Source: Thermodesulfobacteriota bacterium
GTDB lineage: Bacteria > Desulfobacterota_D > UBA1144 > Nemesobacterales > N074bin48
Direction of reading: 5' to 3'
Assembly: GCA_041572575.1 (NCBI GenBank)
Contig: JBFFSH010000075.1
Coordinates: 1-12,699, forward strand
Length of the DNA stretch: 12,699 bases
Shown: positions 8,562 to 12,699 of the stretch, one piece after another
Position numbering within the stretch: the stretch's first letter is position 1
Layout: every line of letters starts with the position of its first letter
Position numbers and translations under genes: made by a program
Notes under the pieces: generated by a model
Seen by the model: only the letters and a program-made list of their open reading frames with translations
Told to the model about the DNA's origin: nothing
Database searches by the model: none

Positions 8562-9251
8562 CTAACTATCCTTATACTCAGGGAAATATTCGGCTAGCCT
8601 CTTTTTAAGCTGATTCCTCGCCCTTAATATCCTTGATTTTACAGCTGGAAGAGATAATCCTAGAATATCTGCAGTCTGCTGGTTAGACAGGCCTTCAACA
8701 TCTCTTAGCTGAAATACTACTCTATATTCTTCGGGCAGTTCACCTATTGCTTTATCTAAAATTTCTTGCTGCTCCATGTTATTTACCGATTCATCCGGGC
8801 CAAAACCATCATATTTTAATTGCAAACCTTCATAGTATGAGCCGCTGTCATTATTATTAAACTCTTCTACGCTTATTTCCTTTGAGCTGTTTTTGTTCTT
8901 TCCTCTAAGGTACATGAACGCTTCGTTTGAGCTTACTGTGTAAATCCATGTAGCAAGCTTTGATTCTTCTCTGAATGTGCCAAGCTTTTCTATTAGCTTA
9001 ACAAACACATTTTGAAGTACTTCTTCGGCACTTTCGGGGTTTTTAGTAATTCTCATTGCAAGCCTGAAAATCTTCTCACCATATCTGTTTACAATTTCAT
9101 TATACGCATTGTCATCTCTATTTTTAACATACAAAGATGCAAGCTGTTCGTCCTTAAGGTCTTTATAATTAAGTTCTTCACCAAAATATTCAATATTGCC
9201 GCTTAGTATTGGAATCACCTTGTTATCTATGAAAATTGGTTGTCTTAACAT
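8562..9251 (-). CDS. ECF-type RNA polymerase sigma factor
   Basis: SD TAAGGAG; region 2 (AEEVLQNVFVK...FREESKLATWIY) and region 4 (LPEEYRVVFQLRDVEGLSNQQTADILGLSLPAVKSRILRAR); about 28-aa N-terminal extension. Confidence 0.93.
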   Translation of the reverse strand: MLRQPIFIDNKVIPILSGNIEYFGEELNYKDLKDEQLASLYVKNRDDNAYNEIVNRYGEKIFRLAMRITKNPESAEEVLQNVFVKLIEKLGTFREESKLATWIYTVSSNEAFMYLRGKNKNSSKEISVEEFNNNDSGSYYEGLQLKYDGFGPDESVNNMEQQEILDKAIGELPEEYRVVFQLRDVEGLSNQQTADILGLSLPAVKSRILRARNQLKKRLAEYFPEYKDS

Positions 9252-9270
9252 TTGCTACACTCCTTACCGG

Positions 9271-9288
9271 CTAGTTGACCAGTCAGTA
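9271..9288. promoter_or_regulatory. Putative TetR operator, copy 2 (between tetR stop and ECF RBS)
   Basis: CTAGTTGACCAGTCAGTA, identical to 9957-9974; contains TGAC-CA-GTCA dyad; resembles the NemR box TAGACC-N4-GGTCTA. Confidence 0.7.
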
Positions 9289-9307
9289 AATATTTGCGTA
9301 AATTTTT

Positions 9308-9898
9308 TTATTTTCTTACCATTAACATATTAAATGCATTGTCGCACATGGTTTTCATAATCTCTGGATCGTTGTATGTTTTACACACAAGCAGTGCACC
9401 TTCTACAAAAGCCAGTAGAGACTGAGCCGAAGCCCTGACATTTACTTTACAACTTATCTGTCCTTTGGATATTGCCTCCTGTATAAGTACTTCTATTAAC
9501 CTTGTCCATTCATCAAATATTGATGCTATTTTCAATCTAATTTCTTCATCCTGAGTGCTGAGTTCAACAGCCAGGTTTCCTATATTGCAACCTGAAATAC
9601 AGCCAGTGCAAGACTTTGAATCCACAAGGTGCTTATATCCATTATCAATAAGGGTTTTCATTTTCTCCAGTGGTTCTAGGTCACTTTCGAGTACCGGAAG
9701 TAACATGTGGGTTTTAAAGTTTTCCCAAATAGTATCCAGCGCTACAATTGTGAGGTCACGCTTTGATGGGAAAAAATGATAGAAACTTCCTTTTTTAACC
9801 TCTGCATGCTCACACAGCTCCTGTACACCAACAGAGTTATAGCTTCTGGTTCCAAGTAACTGAATTGCGCTGTCTATTAATTTTTCTTTTGTCGTCAT
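9308..9898 (-). CDS. TetR/AcrR-family repressor, NemR-like, 7 Cys
   Basis: HTH GVQELCEHAEVKKGSFYHFFPSK; C-terminal ISGCNIGNLAVELS matches the GC....LA.E segment that carries the NemR sensing Cys. Confidence 0.92.
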   Translation of the reverse strand: MTTKEKLIDSAIQLLGTRSYNSVGVQELCEHAEVKKGSFYHFFPSKRDLTIVALDTIWENFKTHMLLPVLESDLEPLEKMKTLIDNGYKHLVDSKSCTGCISGCNIGNLAVELSTQDEEIRLKIASIFDEWTRLIEVLIQEAISKGQISCKVNVRASAQSLLAFVEGALLVCKTYNDPEIMKTMCDNAFNMLMVRK

Positions 9899-9956
9899 TT
9901 TGTTTCTTCTGTTTTTATTTCCTGTTTTTATCTGATGGCCAATTTATCTTAAGTGT

Positions 9957-9974
9957 CTAGTTGACCAGTCAGTA
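9957..9974. promoter_or_regulatory. Putative TetR operator, copy 1 (over predicted tetR transcription start)
   Basis: CTAGTTGACCAGTCAGTA; begins 2 nt downstream of the -10 on the minus strand. Confidence 0.75.
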
Positions 9975-9976
9975 CA

Positions 9977-10005
9977 ATAATAAAGCATTTGTTATTTCAT
10001 GTCAA
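9977..10005 (-). promoter_or_regulatory. sigma70 promoter of tetR-ECF
   Basis: Minus strand TTGACA (10005-10000), 17 nt, TATTAT (9982-9977); near consensus. Confidence 0.75.
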
Positions 10006-10226
10006 GAGGTTTTTTAGAAATTTATAAAATATTTTAGTTTCTGTAAATTCTCACTAGTATAAAATTATTAATTCATATGAGATTAGAGACAAGAAAAAAT
10101 TATTCTATTACTAATTTAGTTTATGCATCTTTTACTATACAACACAACTGTGAATTCGAGGTTTGACAGGATGTGTAAAAAATTGGATATTACTCTTATT
10201 TCTAACTGGCTGCAAGGAGTTTTAAA

Positions 10227-10877
10227 ATGATAAAAAAATACGTTTGGTTACAATTAGCACTATTATTCTTATTCGGTACATCAATTGCTTATTCAATACC
10301 CAAATCCGCAGAGAATATAGCAAACGCTTACGGGATCGAAGAGTTTAATAAAGTAATAAAAATCTCATACACTTTTAATGTTCACATCAACGACAAGGAC
10401 ATACAGAGAAAGTGGATATGGTATCCAAAGTCTGGTCATGTGATATATGTTAATGAGAATATTAAATATAGAACAAACAATGTGACAGACGATCTTGAAG
10501 ATACAGATCACAAGTTTATAAACGATAAATACTGGCTGCTTTTTCCGTTCCATCTTCTCTGGGATGAAAACGTAGAGTTTACTGAAGCAGACGGCAAGCA
10601 GAGCTCTCCAATAAATAATGAAAGTCTTAACAAATTGGAAGTTAAATATGTAAACGACGCCGGTTACACTCCAAATGATATATATGAGCTGTATTATGAT
10701 GACGACTTCATAATTAAGGAATGGGTATTTAGAAAAGGCGGCTCGGTGGATAACAAAAAAGCCATGACATGGGAGCAGAACAAAAGCTACAGCGGAATAA
10801 CAATTTCAGAAAACCATGTTGGTGCAAATGACTTCAGGCTTTGGTTTACCGATGTTACAGTTGAAACAGAAAAGTAG
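10227..10877 (+). CDS. Conserved-looking secreted hypothetical protein (beta-rich)
   Basis: SD AAGGAG; signal peptide ending IAYS; 216 aa; motif-like FINDKYWLLFPFHLLWD and GYTP.D.Y. Function not recognised. Confidence 0.8.
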   Translation: MIKKYVWLQLALLFLFGTSIAYSIPKSAENIANAYGIEEFNKVIKISYTFNVHINDKDIQRKWIWYPKSGHVIYVNENIKYRTNNVTDDLEDTDHKFINDKYWLLFPFHLLWDENVEFTEADGKQSSPINNESLNKLEVKYVNDAGYTPNDIYELYYDDDFIIKEWVFRKGGSVDNKKAMTWEQNKSYSGITISENHVGANDFRLWFTDVTVETEK

Positions 10878-10881
10878 TGTT

Positions 10882-12348
10882 TTATTTGTTGATGTTTTTA
10901 ATAATCTGATAATAGATTTTTACTGCCCTTATATATTCGTCTGCAGATAGTTTTTCATTTGTGCCGTGAAATCCTTTGAGGTCGGAGGAAGAAAGAGTAA
11001 TTCCGATAAACTTATATATGTTTTTTGTAAGCGGGATAAAATGCCTTGAGTCTGTTGCACCTACTACAAGATAAGGTGCTGTGATTACGTTTCCTTCTGT
11101 ATGCTGACGGATAGATTTTTCTAGCACTTTATAAAATGATGTATTAATATCTGATATAGGTGAGGGGTTAATTTGTAAAGTACCAGGGTTAATTATTACC
11201 CTTTTATCGTCTATCACTTTTGTAACCCTTTTTATTACTGTTTCAGTAGTGTCACCGGGAAGGACCCTGAAATTCACAACCGCCTTTGCCTTTGCGGCAA
11301 GCACATTTTCCTTGTTACTGCCTTGCAGCATTGTGGGAGCAGTGGTGGTCCTTACCATGGCGTTTGCGCTCTGTGATTTTGTTATACGGTTAAGAGCAAA
11401 ACACTCAAAGATCCACAAATTTGCCAGCCCCATCCTTTCATAAAAAGGCATATGGGGTGTTAATTTTTTAAACATTTTCTTTGCGGCGCCGTCTAGTCTG
11501 GGCTTAAAGGGGTTACTTTCCAGTTTAGTTATGGCGTTGCTAAGTATGCCGACTGTGGTTTGTTTTGGGGGCATGGATGAATGGCCGCCCTTGCCCTCGA
11601 CTATGAGCTCAATACTAATATAGCCTTTCTCTGCTATGCCGATAACTGCCACCGGATCATCAATTCAAGGAAACATTCCATTTGTGATAATGCCTCCCTC
11701 ATCCAATACATAATCCAGCTTTACCCCTCTTGATTTCAGAAGCTCGACGGTTTTTGCCGCACCTTCATTACCGCCTATTTCCTCATCATGTCCGAACGAG
11801 AGATAAATTGTCTGCTTCGGAGTAAAGCCGTCAGAAATAAGTGTTTCTACTGCTTCAAAAATACCCATCACACCGGACTTATTGTCTATGGCACCCCTGC
11901 CCCATATAAAGCCGTCTGCTGCTTGTCCGTCAAATGGCGGGTGTGTCCAAAGACCGAGAGTTCCCGGTGCTATCGGTACCACATCCTGATGACCCATAAA
12001 AAGGATCGGCTTTTTACTACTGTCTGTTCCCTTCCATGTGTAAAGCAGGCTGTAGCCTCCCACAATTTCTTTTTTTAGTGTGGAATGAACAAGGGGGAAC
12101 GAGTTTTCCAAAAATCTGTGAAATCTCTTGTACTCTGATTTTGGGAAGTCGTCATAATTTGCAATTGTTTTAAACATTAGAGACTTTGCAAACCTGTTTA
12201 CCGCTCCCTGATGGTCTATGCTTTTAATATCAATTTTTTTTGTGCTCTCATAGGTTGGTACTGATTTAAGAGTGTTAAACAAAACAACTGTAGTAATGAT
12301 GAGCAGTATTGCTATCAAAGCTCCTGCAATATATTTTATTGTTTTCAT
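10882..12348 (-). pseudogene. M20-family peptidase (carboxypeptidase S/PM20D1-like) interrupted by one in-frame TGA at 11665-11667
   Basis: ORFs 11665-12348 and 10882-11652 are in the same frame and join as GMFP*IDDPVAVIGIAEKG (488 codons). Motifs HQDVVP, GRGAIDNK, HDEE, DEGG lie before the stop; GGHSS, GATDSRH, HGTNE lie after it. Confidence 0.85.
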
Positions 12349-12566
12349 ATTATTGTTAGTCGTAACTTGTAGAAATTAGTTTGCATTAGATTTAACTTTA
12401 ATATCATAGATTATCAATAATTTAATAACAGTAACTTTAATGTACCTCCCCTCTCCGTCATCGTGAGAACGGGCTTTTTGGAATAGAAAAAGTTCGTAAG
12501 TCCTTAATGTGTTGTTAACGTTTTTAACCCGTCCCTGAAGGATGCTGGGTCCCTCCCTGTCATTGC

Positions 12567-12699
12567 TGTAGATGTCACGTAATTCGAGGACAGTTTTTTA
12601 GGAACTCTACTGGTGGTACTCCCCCCAGAGACTGGTGAGGTCTTTGGTGATTGTAATACACCAGGTACTCAAGCAGTTCCTGTTTTAATTCCTCTTCTG
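12567..12699 (-). mobile_element. Right end of an IS481-like insertion sequence, running off the window
   Basis: Terminus reads TGTAGATGTCACGTAATTCGAGGACA from 12567, with the TGT end typical of IS481; the transposase stop lies inside this terminal sequence. Confidence 0.75.
12575..12697 (-). CDS. C-terminus of DDE transposase (integrase core), partial; absent from the ORF track
   Basis: Manual translation EEELKQELLEYLVYYNHQRPHQSLGGVPPVEFLKNCPRIT*, with the YN..RPH.SLG..P signature of IS481/IS3 transposases. Confidence 0.88.
   Translation of the reverse strand, partial: EEELKQELLEYLVYYNHQRPHQSLGGVPPVEFLKNCPRIT

Noticed and set aside
9909..9931. Direct repeat CTGTTTTTAT x2 in the tetR leader
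   Set aside because: Short, low complexity and only two copies; not a CRISPR or a supported regulatory element.
11625..11667. Selenocysteine reading of the M20 TGA: GGTGGCAG starts 11 nt after the TGA, superficially like the fdhF SECIS
   Set aside because: The 3' arm needed for the SECIS stem is missing (only a wobble-rich hairpin can form) and the position is not expected to be Cys in M20 homologues.
1210..12078. Short antisense ORFs in the track (e.g. 1304-1663, 2093-2329, 4880-5158, 6934-7215, 11788-12078)
   Set aside because: They overlap well-supported genes on the opposite strand and show no recognisable motifs; treated as shadow ORFs.
1..12699. Genome-wide TGA=Gly (code 25) recoding
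   Set aside because: All other genes translate full length in code 11 with many GGA/GGT codons and no internal TGA, and the transposase ends at a TGA. One instance is insufficient.

Overview
AT-rich bacterial chromosomal segment, probably from a diderm (lipoprotein, YcbB-type L,D-transpeptidase, PilZ); the lineage cannot be fixed from this window. Gene order: partial YkuD_2-type L,D-transpeptidase, YcbB/LdtD-type L,D-transpeptidase, YceI, PilZ, M23 peptidase, IscS/NifS cysteine desulfurase, argC, PpiC/PrsA-like lipoprotein, DUF2721-like membrane protein, bolA, grxD, ECF sigma factor, NemR-like TetR, secreted hypothetical protein, an M20 peptidase broken by one in-frame TGA, and the end of an IS481-like element missed by the ORF track. 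Highlights: (1) a Cys-rich NemR-like TetR and an ECF sigma with no adjacent anti-sigma gene are each preceded by the same exact 18-bp box, suggesting a redox-repressor-gated sigma cascade beside bolA-grxD; (2) M23 and iscS diverge from a 22-bp gap containing overlapping -10 hexamers, and several genes look leaderless; (3) the M20 TGA falls where homologues are expected to have Gly, with an IS just upstream; (4) a perfect 15-bp-arm AT-rich palindrome. All product calls come from motif recognition by eye, not database searches.
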